64,000 nt of DNA from Gemmatimonadota bacterium (GCA_031127095.1 JARIEX010000002.1:3346-67345), one strand, 5' to 3'; shown: positions 37,334-46,853, numbered from the stretch's first letter. Program-made: numbers and translations. The notes: generated by a model not told the origin, from the letters alone.

Positions 37334-39538
37334 GTGACCGCGGCGGCGCCGTCTGCTGTCAGCGCCTCGTGGCCGTGGCTCGTGGTGGCGCTGGCAGTAC
37401 TGTTCAACGCCATCGCCCTCTGGCCCGAGTGGAGCGCCCGCGTCCCGGCGCGCAATGATGCCACGTTCCACCTCCTCATGCTTGAGGGGGCGAGCGCCGC
37501 CCTAGCGAGTGCCGCCGTGGCGGGCGCGGCGAACCCGCTGGACTTCTGGATCCCGCAGCTCGAGCTCGGGTTTCCCCAGTTCCTGTACTACCAGCACCTG
37601 CCACATCTGGTGCTGGCGGCGCTGCACCGCCTCGGCGCGGGCACGGTGTCGGCCGCGGGGCTGCTGCACGGCACGCAATACCTGCTGCTGGTGGCGATGC
37701 CGTGCACGGTGGCCTGGTCGATGTACCGGCTGGGCTTTTCAGCGGCCGCCAGCGCCTTCGGCGGGGCCGCCTCCACGCTACTGTCGGCCGACAGCCGCAT
37801 GGCGCTGGAATACAACAGCTACGTGTGGCGGGGGTACGGCCTCTTTTCGCAGCTGTGCGGCGTGCACCTGTTTTTCATTACCGGCGCCCGCCTATCGCGC
37901 ACCATGCGCACCGGTGCCGGCTACGCCGGGACGACCGCGTGGCTTGCGGCGCTGGTGCTCAGCCACCTCCTGTTCGGCGCCTTCATGGCGCTTACGAGCG
38001 TTATGCTCTGGGTGGCCGGCGCCGAGCGCCGCACGGCGATACCACGCCTGATCCGGCTGGCCGTGGTGGGCGTTGGCGCCTTTGCGCTGGCGTCGTACCT
38101 GCTGGTTCCGTTTCTCGAAAGCAGCACCAGCTACCTGAGCAGTGTGCGGTGGGCACCCGGCTCGGACACCGGCGTCAGGGCGGTGGCGCCGCCGGCCATG
38201 CGTGGCCTCTCTGATGCGCTGTTCCGCGGAGAATTACTCGACTTCGGCCGTCTCCCCGTGCTTACGGGCCTGGCGCTGGCCGGGCTACTGGCCGCGATGC
38301 GCCGCCGCGATGCGGCGGGGCGCGTGGTCGCGGTAGGACTCCTGGCGTGGACGGCGCTGTACATGCTGCGCCCCGGGGCCGGTGTGTTGGCCGGGGTGAT
38401 CCCCGCCCACAGCGGCGCGGCCACGTTCCGCTTTTCCAGCATGGTGGGGGTGTTCGCCATTCTGGCGGCGGGGTACGCGGCGGGCGTGGTGTGGGAGTGG
38501 CTGGCGGGGCCGGCGTCTCCGGTGCGGCGCTGGCTCCCGGCATCGGCCCGTGCCATCGCGGCGCTGCTCCTACTGGTGGCCCTGCTGGCGCCTGCTGCGG
38601 GTGAACGCTGGACGTACTACGGCGGCAACCGAGACATCCTGGTCCAGGCCACCGACGCGTTCGACGCGAACGAGGACATCCGCCCGATGCTGGCGGTGCT
38701 GGCGGCGCAGCCGGAGGGACGCACCTACGCCGGTCCTGTGCGTGGGCGGAGCTGCGCCATGAGCATCGGCCGCGCCTTCTGTCTGTCGGATCTCCTCAAT
38801 GCGCAGGGGACCGCCACGGTGGGCAATCCCATGCAGGAGCTCGCGATCACGTCGGGGCTGGTGTTCGACCTCCCCATTACTGACCCGGCGATGTTCGACC
38901 TGCTCGATGTGCGCCGCGTGGTGGCCCCCACCGGCGCGAGCCTGCCGTCGTTTGTGCAGCCCGATACCACGATCGGGCGCTACACGCTGTACCGTGTGGC
39001 CACCTCCGGGAGCGTGCAGTACGTGGCCGTCACGGCGCGTCGGCGCACGTCCAGCCAGGACACGCTGTGGGCGGCCACGCAACAGTGGCTCCGCGACGGC
39101 GGCGCAGCGCGGCGTGAGGTGGTGCGCTGGGACTATCACCGCCCCGCCGGACCGCTGGCGCTCCGTGCGCCGTGTGCCCATCCGCTGCTGGAGCGGGAGG
39201 AGGTGGCGTCGCAGCGGCTGCTGGTGGAGGTGGCGTGCCCCGGCCCCGCCGGTGACACGCTGGCCGTGGCCTTCAAGATGACGTACCACCCGCAATGGCA
39301 GGTCACGGTGGACGGCGCGCCGGTGTCCCCCTACATGGTGTCGCCGGGCTTTCTGGCCGTGGACGTGCTGCCCGGCCGGCACCGGATCGAGGCCCGCTAC
39401 GTGGCCCACCCGTGGAAGCTGCCGCTGCTGCTGGGCGGGATCCTGCTCTTCGCGGCGCTGTGTGCGCGCTCCGACTGGGCCGACCGTCCGGCCCGGTGGT
39501 GGCTGCACCGGGCGGCCCCCGTCTCCGCCTCCGGCTGA
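37334..39538 (+). CDS. Multi-TM GT-C-like membrane protein (PTPS_related/YfhO-like)
   Basis: NDATFH in first loop, WIPQLELGFPQFLYYQHLPH, about 11-12 TM helices, C-terminal YHPQWQVTVDG...PGRHRIEARY; GTG start inferred. Confidence 0.72.
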   Translation: MTAAAPSAVSASWPWLVVALAVLFNAIALWPEWSARVPARNDATFHLLMLEGASAALASAAVAGAANPLDFWIPQLELGFPQFLYYQHLPHLVLAALHRLGAGTVSAAGLLHGTQYLLLVAMPCTVAWSMYRLGFSAAASAFGGAASTLLSADSRMALEYNSYVWRGYGLFSQLCGVHLFFITGARLSRTMRTGAGYAGTTAWLAALVLSHLLFGAFMALTSVMLWVAGAERRTAIPRLIRLAVVGVGAFALASYLLVPFLESSTSYLSSVRWAPGSDTGVRAVAPPAMRGLSDALFRGELLDFGRLPVLTGLALAGLLAAMRRRDAAGRVVAVGLLAWTALYMLRPGAGVLAGVIPAHSGAATFRFSSMVGVFAILAAGYAAGVVWEWLAGPASPVRRWLPASARAIAALLLLVALLAPAAGERWTYYGGNRDILVQATDAFDANEDIRPMLAVLAAQPEGRTYAGPVRGRSCAMSIGRAFCLSDLLNAQGTATVGNPMQELAITSGLVFDLPITDPAMFDLLDVRRVVAPTGASLPSFVQPDTTIGRYTLYRVATSGSVQYVAVTARRRTSSQDTLWAATQQWLRDGGAARREVVRWDYHRPAGPLALRAPCAHPLLEREEVASQRLLVEVACPGPAGDTLAVAFKMTYHPQWQVTVDGAPVSPYMVSPGFLAVDVLPGRHRIEARYVAHPWKLPLLLGGILLFAALCARSDWADRPARWWLHRAAPVSASG

Positions 39539-39552
39539 TTGCTTGTGACCGC

Positions 39553-40260
39553 TTAGCCGCGGAGGAGTGCGGCGAGCGGCTCCGGCAGCGCCGTCAGGCG
39601 GAGCGAGAACGCGTTCGCCAGCCCCGCGGCCACCGCCTGCTGCACTGTGTGCCAATCGGGCACCGCGACCCCGGCCCGTGTGCATTCGCGCGCCACGGTG
39701 CTCATCTCCACACCGTCGATCCCGCAGGGCACGGTGTACGCAAACGTGGCGAGATCGTTCTCGACGTTGAGCGCCACGCCGTGCCACGTGACCCAGTCCC
39801 GCGCGTGCACCCCGATACTGGCCAGCTTCACGCGCCGCCCCAAGGGGTCGGTGTGCCACACGCCGGTCAGCCCCGCCACGCGCGCGCACGACAGCCCCAC
39901 GGTGGCGAGCCCGCGGATGATCCCCTCTTCAACCTGCCGCAGGTACCAGTGCAGGTCCTGCGTGTGCCGCTTGAGATCGATGATGGGATACGCCACCAGC
40001 TGCCCCGGCTCGTGAATGGTCACGTCGCCGCCCCGCTCCACGTCGCGCAGTTGCACGCCGCACGCTGCCAGATACTCCGGCGTGGCCAGCAGATGGCCCG
40101 GCTTGGTGCTCCGCCCCAGCGTCACCACCGGCGGATGCTGGACCAGAATGAGCAGATCCTGGTCGAGCGCCCCACTGATGCGCGCCGCGGCAGCGCGCTT
40201 CTGCAGCGCCCAGGCGTCGTCGTAGGGGGTGAGGCCGAGGTCGAGGACGTAGAGGTGCAT
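39553..40260 (-). CDS. lipB: Lipoyl(octanoyl) transferase
   Basis: QHPPVVTLGR, RGGDVTIHEPGQLVAYP, KLASIG, HGVALNV, PCGI. Confidence 0.96.
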   Translation of the reverse strand: MHLYVLDLGLTPYDDAWALQKRAAAARISGALDQDLLILVQHPPVVTLGRSTKPGHLLATPEYLAACGVQLRDVERGGDVTIHEPGQLVAYPIIDLKRHTQDLHWYLRQVEEGIIRGLATVGLSCARVAGLTGVWHTDPLGRRVKLASIGVHARDWVTWHGVALNVENDLATFAYTVPCGIDGVEMSTVARECTRAGVAVPDWHTVQQAVAAGLANAFSLRLTALPEPLAALLRG

Positions 40261-40268
40261 AAAGCAAC

Positions 40269-40371
40269 AGTGAGTAGTGAGTGCTGAGTGAGAAGTTCTG
40301 AGTCGGGAGTCGCGGGAAGCGAACGGGGGTACGAAGTCGGGCGCGTGCGCGCTCCGTACCCCGTACCCCCG
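40269..40371. repeat. Degenerate heptamer tandem repeats plus inverted repeat
   Basis: agtgagt agtgagt gctgagt gagaagt tctgagt cgggagt (40269-40310); CGGGGGTACG...CGTACCCCCG (40324-40371). Confidence 0.65.
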
Positions 40372-40395
40372 ACGCCCTGCTTCGGCGTTGTCGCG

Positions 40396-41799
40396 TTACG
40401 CGTGCAGCATCTTCCCCAGTGAATCCAGCACCGCTTCGCCGATCGCTTCGGACAGCGTGGGGTGGGCGTGGATCGCCAGATCGATCTCTTCCACCGTGAA
40501 CTCGTTCTCGCGGGCCACCACGAGTTCGTGGATCATCTCGGTGGCGTGGGCTCCCACGATATGCGCGCCCAGAATTTCGCCGTGCTTGGCATCGCGGATG
40601 ATCTTCACGAAGCCGTCGGTCTCACCACTGGTGCGTGCGCGGCCGTTCGCGGAGAAGGGGAACTTGCCAATGGTATAGTCGAGCTTCTTGTCTTTGCACG
40701 CCTGTTCCGTGAGGCCGATGCTCGCCACTTCCGGATGGCAGTACGTGCAGCTGGGGATGTTGTTGTAGTTCACGAGATGCGCGTGCTGACCGCCCAGCAG
40801 GTCGGCCAGCACATGCCCTTCGCGCGAGCCCTTGTGCGCGAGCATCTGATTGCCCGACACGTCACCGATGGCGTAGTAGCCCGGGACGTTGGTCTCGAAC
40901 TTCGCGTTGATCTTCACGAAGCCGCGCTCCGACTTCGCCACGCCGACCGTCTCGAGGCCGATCTTTTCCACGTTCGGGGCGCGGCCGGCGGCCACGAGCA
41001 CCTTGTCCACCGCGAGCGTGTGCGTGGTGCCGCCCGACTCGACCACGAGCGTGGCGCCGGTCGCGGTGATCTTCGTGCTGGTGATCTTGGCACCCGTGAG
41101 GATGTCGATCTTCCGCTTCTTGAACGCCTTCGCCAGTTCGGCGCTGCAATCGGCGTCTTCGATGGGCAGAATGGTCGGTGCCACTTCCACCATCGTCACC
41201 TTGGTGCCGAAGGCCGCGAACACATCGGCGAATTCCACGCCCACGGCACCGGCGCCCACCACCACCATCGACGCGGGCGCCTTCTCTGCCACCAGGACGT
41301 CGTCGCTGGACAGCACGACGTTCCGGTCCAGTTCGAGCCCCGCCTGCGGGAGCCCCTTTACGCGCGAGCCGGTGGCGATGACCACCGCCTTCTTCGCCTC
41401 GTGCGTCTCTTTTTTTCCGTCGGCCATGGTCACGGTGACCTTCTTCCCCTTCTCGAGCACGCCTTCACCGCGGATCCACTGCACCTTGTGCTTCTTCATC
41501 AGGAACTCGACGCCCTTCGAGTTCTGCGCGCTGATGCTGCGCGACCGCTTCATGGCCGGGCCGAAGTCGAGGGTGATGCCGTCGAGCGTGATGCCGTGTT
41601 CGGCCGCCTTGCCGATTTTGACGGCCAGCCCGGCGCTTTCGAGCAGCGACTTGGCCGGGATGCACCCCCAGAGCACACAGGTGCCGCCGAGTGCTTCACG
41701 TTCGATAACGGCCACCTGCATGCCCAGTTGGGCGCAGCGGATGGCGCAGACGTAGCCGGCGGGACCGCCGCCAAGAATGATGACGTCGAACAAGGCCAT
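40396..41799 (-). CDS. lpdA: Dihydrolipoyl dehydrogenase (E3)
   Basis: GGGPAGY, GGTCVLWGCIP, GAGAVGVE, HAHPTLSE. Confidence 0.97.
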   Translation of the reverse strand: MALFDVIILGGGPAGYVCAIRCAQLGMQVAVIEREALGGTCVLWGCIPAKSLLESAGLAVKIGKAAEHGITLDGITLDFGPAMKRSRSISAQNSKGVEFLMKKHKVQWIRGEGVLEKGKKVTVTMADGKKETHEAKKAVVIATGSRVKGLPQAGLELDRNVVLSSDDVLVAEKAPASMVVVGAGAVGVEFADVFAAFGTKVTMVEVAPTILPIEDADCSAELAKAFKKRKIDILTGAKITSTKITATGATLVVESGGTTHTLAVDKVLVAAGRAPNVEKIGLETVGVAKSERGFVKINAKFETNVPGYYAIGDVSGNQMLAHKGSREGHVLADLLGGQHAHLVNYNNIPSCTYCHPEVASIGLTEQACKDKKLDYTIGKFPFSANGRARTSGETDGFVKIIRDAKHGEILGAHIVGAHATEMIHELVVARENEFTVEEIDLAIHAHPTLSEAIGEAVLDSLGKMLHA

Positions 41800-41868
41800 G
41801 TGAGTCGGGGATTAGCGGGGAAGGGTGATGCCGAAAGATAGCGGAAGTGCGTCGGCGGGAGGGGTCGG

Positions 41869-43188
41869 CTAGCCGAGCAGCCACTGAGCGGCTGAAAACC
41901 ACTGCAGCGTGCCGGGGAGGCGCCGCGTCGGCGGGGACTGGTCGTGCGTGATGAGCAGCGCGACGGCGTCGGGATAGGTGGTGGCGGCTGCCTCGAGCGC
42001 CCGCACCTCCCGCTCCCATGTCGTGTCGTCCGTCGTGTCCAGGCACACCTGCACCAGCAGCGGCGGCTCGCCTGGCCGCGCGGCGAAAAAGTCCACTTCG
42101 CGGTCGTCGCCGACCCGCAGCCAGGACACGGCATACTCCCGTCGCTCGAGTTCAAGGAGGACGGCCGTCTCGAGCGCCCGCCCGCGATGCGCTCGACCAG
42201 GCTGCTCGTAGAGCGGGATGAGCCCCGCATCGACCGGGTACACCTTGCGCGGATTCACCATGCGTTGCTTCTCCGAGGCGCTGTGCATGTCGAGCACGCG
42301 AACGAGAAAGGCGTCTTGCAGGTGATCGAGGTAAGCGTGGAGCGTGTCCTTGCCAATCGACACGCCCTGTGACTTCAGGACGTTGTAGAACTTGTGCACG
42401 GTGAAGCTGCCGCCAGGTGTGGAGAGCAGGTGCCGCTGCAGCGCCCGTAGCGCCGTGGGATTCGAGACGTTGTGGCGTTCGATGACGTCGCGGAGCACCA
42501 TGGTGTCGACGTAGCCTGTGAGCAGTCTCGCCCGGTCGCGGGGGGCGATGCCCTGCGCTTCCGGGAAGCCTCCCGACTGCAGGTAGTCGCGGAGTCGGGC
42601 ATCAATGGCCGCTCGCTCCGCGGGGTCGAGCTGGTGCCAGGATGCCTCCGGCTCCGCCCGCGCGTGGCGGAGCGCTTCGCGAAAGGAGAAGGGATGCACG
42701 AGCACCTCGAGCAGTCGTCCGCGGACGGCTGTGGCCACTTCCTGGCTGAGGAGTTTTGCCGAGGATCCGGAGATCACGATATCCACGTTCTTTGCTTCCA
42801 CGAGGCGATGCACGAGCGACTCCCACCCCTCGACAATCTGGATCTCGTCGAGGTACAGCGAGAGAAGGCCCTCGGCGCGGATCGTGGGGAATTGCCGGGC
42901 GTGCTCATCGATCACCCAGCCAAGGTCGAGCGCGGTCATGCCGATGAGGCGCTCATCTTCGAGCCCCAGCATGAGCTGCGATTCCCGGGGGCGCCCTCCC
43001 GCGATGCGATCGGCGCGCTGTTGGTGTAGGAACGAGGTCTTTCCACCGCGCCGTACGCCGATGACGGCGAGCGGCTTACCGGGAATCCCGGGCAGGCGCA
43101 CGTCTCGCCGCGTGAGATTCGGTGGTGGCACGGAGAGCGCTTCCGCGAGCTTGACTCTGAGGAGCTCCGGTGAAACTGTCCTTTCCAT
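41869..43188 (-). CDS. AAA_14 ATPase + DUF4143 / PD-(D/E)XK-like domain protein
   Basis: GVRRGGKT Walker A, LYLDEIQ Walker B, SGSSAKLL, GGFPE, RKVYPVDAG, LETAV, EVDF...LVQV; start ATG 43188. Confidence 0.9.
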   Translation of the reverse strand: MERTVSPELLRVKLAEALSVPPPNLTRRDVRLPGIPGKPLAVIGVRRGGKTSFLHQQRADRIAGGRPRESQLMLGLEDERLIGMTALDLGWVIDEHARQFPTIRAEGLLSLYLDEIQIVEGWESLVHRLVEAKNVDIVISGSSAKLLSQEVATAVRGRLLEVLVHPFSFREALRHARAEPEASWHQLDPAERAAIDARLRDYLQSGGFPEAQGIAPRDRARLLTGYVDTMVLRDVIERHNVSNPTALRALQRHLLSTPGGSFTVHKFYNVLKSQGVSIGKDTLHAYLDHLQDAFLVRVLDMHSASEKQRMVNPRKVYPVDAGLIPLYEQPGRAHRGRALETAVLLELERREYAVSWLRVGDDREVDFFAARPGEPPLLVQVCLDTTDDTTWEREVRALEAAATTYPDAVALLITHDQSPPTRRLPGTLQWFSAAQWLLG

Positions 43189-43228
43189 AAGGACAGAATA
43201 TGCCACTATTGTCCTTTTTACAAGGACG
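43176..43228 (-). promoter_or_regulatory. Leaderless promoter with two palindromic operators
   Basis: Minus strand TTGTAA (43223-43218), 17 nt, TATTCT (43200-43195), 6 nt, ATG; palindromes TGTCCTT-N5-AAGGACA (43177-43195) and TGTCCTT-N5-AAGGACG (43210-43228). Confidence 0.72.
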
Positions 43229-43279
43229 AATGTTTCTTCTCCTGGCGTACGTGCGATGTAGGCCGAAACGCGTTCTGTT

Positions 43280-46200
43280 CTACCGCCGCCCCGTGCGCAC
43301 GCCGTCGGAAACGACCACCTCGACCGCCCGACCGCCGGTGACCACCGTGTCACCCGACCGCCGCACGAAGCCCATCAGGGCGCCGGTGGCGGCGTCGCGC
43401 ACCATGGCCATGGGGTAGGCGGCGCTGTTCCACGTGACACGCGACCGGCCGTCGGCGGTGCGCTGCACTTGCGCCTGTACGGCGGGCGCGACCGGCGTGC
43501 CTCCCGCCCCGGGGGCGACCAAGCGGGCGCGGCGCTGCCCGATGGCGGAGAGCGGGGAGCGGGTATCACGCACGCGGATGGTGGCGAGGCGGTCTTCGAG
43601 CGCCGCGCTCCACGGGACGACCACCGCGAACTGCCGCTCGTCGGTGGCGGCGGCATGGTCCACCGCGGGCGCCTCGATGGGAGTGTCCAGCAGGATCGCT
43701 CCGTCGGCGTCGAGTAGCTCGAGGCGGATGGCGGCCGACGGCACCGCGGCACTGGCCGGCGCCGGCACGCGGAAGGCGGGTTCGAGCTGGACGCGCCCGT
43801 TCGTGATGCGCCCCCACACCAGCAGGCCGTCACGCGGCGCGGCGGTGGCGTATGCGCTCGCGACCACGCTGGCGGCGGTGCTGCGATACTGCATGATGGC
43901 GCTCCACGTGTAGTCGCTCACCCACTGGTTGTTGCAGTACCCCATCACGTCAGTCCAGGTGGGCGACACGAGGGTGTTGAGCGCGCTGTTCCACCCCCAA
44001 TGACCGATGGTGCCGCCGCTGTAGGGGAAGTTGGTGTCCCCGGTGGTCCCGCAGGGCGCGTGATTGCGCGAGAAGTTGTGCCCCCATTCGTGTGCCGCGA
44101 CCTCATCACCGCTGGGCAGCAAGTCCCACCCGACCGCCGCGCGACCGGGGGCGTAGCCGTACCCCGCGATTCCGCTGGTGTACGACACGCCCAGCACGCC
44201 GTAGTAGTGCATCGCGCTGGGCGCCCCGTCGGTGGCGCGCAAGGCGTTGAGTTCGCTCAACACGGTCAGCCACTGGCCGTTGTCGTCGTTGCTCTGGATG
44301 TCGGTGGCGCTGGCGGTGAACGGCGCGCGCACGTCGGACACGACCGTGTTGAGCGGGAACATCTTTTGCACCGACGCCAGAAATGCGCCCTTGTTGGCGG
44401 CCGTCACGTTGCCCGTCCGTCCGCCGGCCACGACCGGCACCAACCGCACGGTGAACGTGGGAACGCTGTTCACCCGCAGCACCTGCGGTGTACCGCTGCG
44501 CGGCCAGATGTTGTCGCTGCGATCGGCGTCGGTCACGGCCAGCGCCGGATCGAGCTCGATGAGCACGCGCGTGGTGGGGCGGATGTTGACGCCCGGAATG
44601 ATCAGGTTCCACGTGGACGTGAGCGTGCCTTCGGCGAGCACGGTGCGCACCCCCGCTTCCGGGGCTGGAATGAGCGTGGACTGCAGCAGTGTGGCCCCGT
44701 CGTACAGGCGCACGCGCACGTCGGGGCGCGCGCTGTTGGCGGCGCTGGCTTGCACGAACACCCGCAGCAGCGCCTCGCGGCCGGCCACCAGCGCCACCGT
44801 GCCATCGAAGCGCTGAATGGCCTGCGTGACATATGCGGTGCTGATCGCGTAGTTCTGCGCCACGGTGGCGGCGTACGCGAAAGTGGCGGTGGCGGTGCCG
44901 TTGGGCGTGATGGTTACGCTCTGCGACGCCGGGGTCGGCGTGTACGTGGTGGCACCGCTCACGATGGTGTTGGCGGTAATCGTCCACGAGCCCACCTCGA
45001 GCGCCGACACCGTGCCCGCACCGCTCACCGACCGCGGTGCGCCGGTGCCGCTGAGGGCAAACGTCGGCGTGGCACTTCCCGGAATGCCGCTGGTGGCAAT
45101 GGTCACGGCACCGGTGGCCAGTGCGTACGACACGGTGGCGGGCGATGCCACGAGCGACGCCACAACGGTGACCTGCTGGGACACCGGCACCGGCACATAG
45201 GTGGTGGCGCCGGTGCCGACGCTCGCAGCCGACACCGTATAGCTGCCGGGGGCCAGCAGGGTGAGCGTGGTGGTGGCCGTCAGCGTGCGGGAAAATCCGC
45301 CGGGACCCGTCACGGCGACACTCCCGCTCGCTCCGCTGGGGAGGCCGCTGACCACCACGGCGATGGCCCCCGTGGTGATGGCATAGTGCACCGGCAGCGA
45401 CAGCGTGTCGCCGGCGGACACGGTGGTATCGCGCGCGGTGGGGGTGGGCAGGTAGGTCGCGCCGCCACCCGACACATTAGCGGCACTCAGGCGCCAGCGA
45501 CCCGCCACCGCTGGGCTGATGCGCGTGGTGCCCGTGACCGCGACGGCCTCACCGGACGGCGACAGGAGGGTGATGTTGGCCGGCGTTCCGGCCGGCAGCC
45601 CCGTGACCGGGATGTCCACCACCGTGGGGACCACGGCAAATGCCACGGTCACGGTGGTGGTGGCACCCGTGCTGATGGTGACCGACTGCTCGCGCGGCGC
45701 CGGCGCGTAGCGCACGCCGGCCACTGTGAGTGGGACCGCCGACACGGTGTAGCTGCCCACAGGCAACGAATCGAGCGTGGCGGCGCCGCTCAGCGCCCGC
45801 GTCAGGCCGTTTCCGGTGAGGGTGAGCACCGGAGCCGCGTCGGCGGGCACGCCGCTCGTGGTCAGCACCACGCGACCCACCTGCGCCGCGTACACCACGG
45901 CGGCCGGTGCCGCCACCACCGACGCGCGCACGGTTACCGTGAGCGTGTCGGGGGTGGGGCGGAAGGTGATGCCGTTGGCCGCCACGGTCGCGGCCACCAC
46001 CCGATACGCCCCGGGTACGAGGTCGGTGAGCGTCGCGGTGGCGGTGACCGAGCGGCTGAAGCCGTCGGGGCCGGTGACCTGCACCGCACCCGGACGTCCG
46101 GCGGGCAAGCCGGTCACCGCGACGGCAATGGCCCCGCTCGACACGTCGTAGCGCACGGCCACGCGCGCGGTGTCGCCGTGCTGCACCAGCGTGTCGATCG

Positions 46201-46747
46201 AGGCTGGCGTTGGAGTGTAGCGGAAGCCGCCGGTCAGCAGCGGCCCTGCCGCCACCCGCCACCGGCCGCTGTTCGCGCTGGTGAGCACGCGCGAGGTGGC
46301 CGCCGCTACCTCGCCGCCGCTTGGCGGCGACACCGTGACGGGGGCGTCCACGCCGGCGGGCACGCCCAGCAGTATCAGGTCAATCGCCGATGGCAGCGCC
46401 TGATACGTGATGGTCGTGGCCGATGGCGTGGAGCCACTCACCACGGTCACGGACACGACCGACGGTGTGGCGGCGAAGGTCCCGTCGGTGGTGCGTACGG
46501 GGCGCACGGTGATGGTGTGCACGCCCGCGGGGACATCGGTCCACGTGACCGAACCCGTGGCGGTGCGCGAAAAAGTGAGCCCGCTCACCGACACGTCGGC
46601 ACTGACGCCGGTCGGCAGCCCGGCGACCGTGAGACTCAGCACGCCCGGCGGCACGGCGCGCGGTGCCGTGGGCGTGTCGCCCCCGGAACAGGCGGCGACC
46701 AGCCACAGCAGCAGAACCAGCGCGCGGCGCGGGGAAATTCGTGGCAT
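43280..46747 (-). CDS. Lipoprotein with 7 beta-sandwich repeats and M66-like metzincin protease domain
   Basis: Lipobox VAAC; ~85-aa GLP/GVP repeats; YVTQAIQ...LVAGREALLRVFV; AHEWGHNFSRNHAPCG; Met-turn DVMGYC. Confidence 0.85.
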   Translation of the reverse strand: MPRISPRRALVLLLWLVAACSGGDTPTAPRAVPPGVLSLTVAGLPTGVSADVSVSGLTFSRTATGSVTWTDVPAGVHTITVRPVRTTDGTFAATPSVVSVTVVSGSTPSATTITYQALPSAIDLILLGVPAGVDAPVTVSPPSGGEVAAATSRVLTSANSGRWRVAAGPLLTGGFRYTPTPASIDTLVQHGDTARVAVRYDVSSGAIAVAVTGLPAGRPGAVQVTGPDGFSRSVTATATLTDLVPGAYRVVAATVAANGITFRPTPDTLTVTVRASVVAAPAAVVYAAQVGRVVLTTSGVPADAAPVLTLTGNGLTRALSGAATLDSLPVGSYTVSAVPLTVAGVRYAPAPREQSVTISTGATTTVTVAFAVVPTVVDIPVTGLPAGTPANITLLSPSGEAVAVTGTTRISPAVAGRWRLSAANVSGGGATYLPTPTARDTTVSAGDTLSLPVHYAITTGAIAVVVSGLPSGASGSVAVTGPGGFSRTLTATTTLTLLAPGSYTVSAASVGTGATTYVPVPVSQQVTVVASLVASPATVSYALATGAVTIATSGIPGSATPTFALSGTGAPRSVSGAGTVSALEVGSWTITANTIVSGATTYTPTPASQSVTITPNGTATATFAYAATVAQNYAISTAYVTQAIQRFDGTVALVAGREALLRVFVQASAANSARPDVRVRLYDGATLLQSTLIPAPEAGVRTVLAEGTLTSTWNLIIPGVNIRPTTRVLIELDPALAVTDADRSDNIWPRSGTPQVLRVNSVPTFTVRLVPVVAGGRTGNVTAANKGAFLASVQKMFPLNTVVSDVRAPFTASATDIQSNDDNGQWLTVLSELNALRATDGAPSAMHYYGVLGVSYTSGIAGYGYAPGRAAVGWDLLPSGDEVAAHEWGHNFSRNHAPCGTTGDTNFPYSGGTIGHWGWNSALNTLVSPTWTDVMGYCNNQWVSDYTWSAIMQYRSTAASVVASAYATAAPRDGLLVWGRITNGRVQLEPAFRVPAPASAAVPSAAIRLELLDADGAILLDTPIEAPAVDHAAATDERQFAVVVPWSAALEDRLATIRVRDTRSPLSAIGQRRARLVAPGAGGTPVAPAVQAQVQRTADGRSRVTWNSAAYPMAMVRDAATGALMGFVRRSGDTVVTGGRAVEVVVSDGVRTGRR

Positions 46748-46788
46748 CAGCAGGGCAGGGAGGTCTATTCACAGGACGACCGAAACGG

Positions 46789-46827
46789 CCGAACGCACCG
46801 AACACGGGTGGTGTTCGGTGCGTTCGG
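46789..46827. repeat. 17-bp perfect inverted repeat (REP-like stem-loop) after pdhC
   Basis: CCGAACGCACCGAACAC-gggtg-GTGTTCGGTGCGTTCGG. Confidence 0.75.
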
Positions 46828-46853
46828 TGTACGCGGTGCTCGGCGCGAACGGT

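Noticed and set aside
41800-46850. IS, transposon or prophage explanation for the two genes inside the PDH operon
   Set aside because: No transposase, integrase, terminal inverted repeats or target duplication seen
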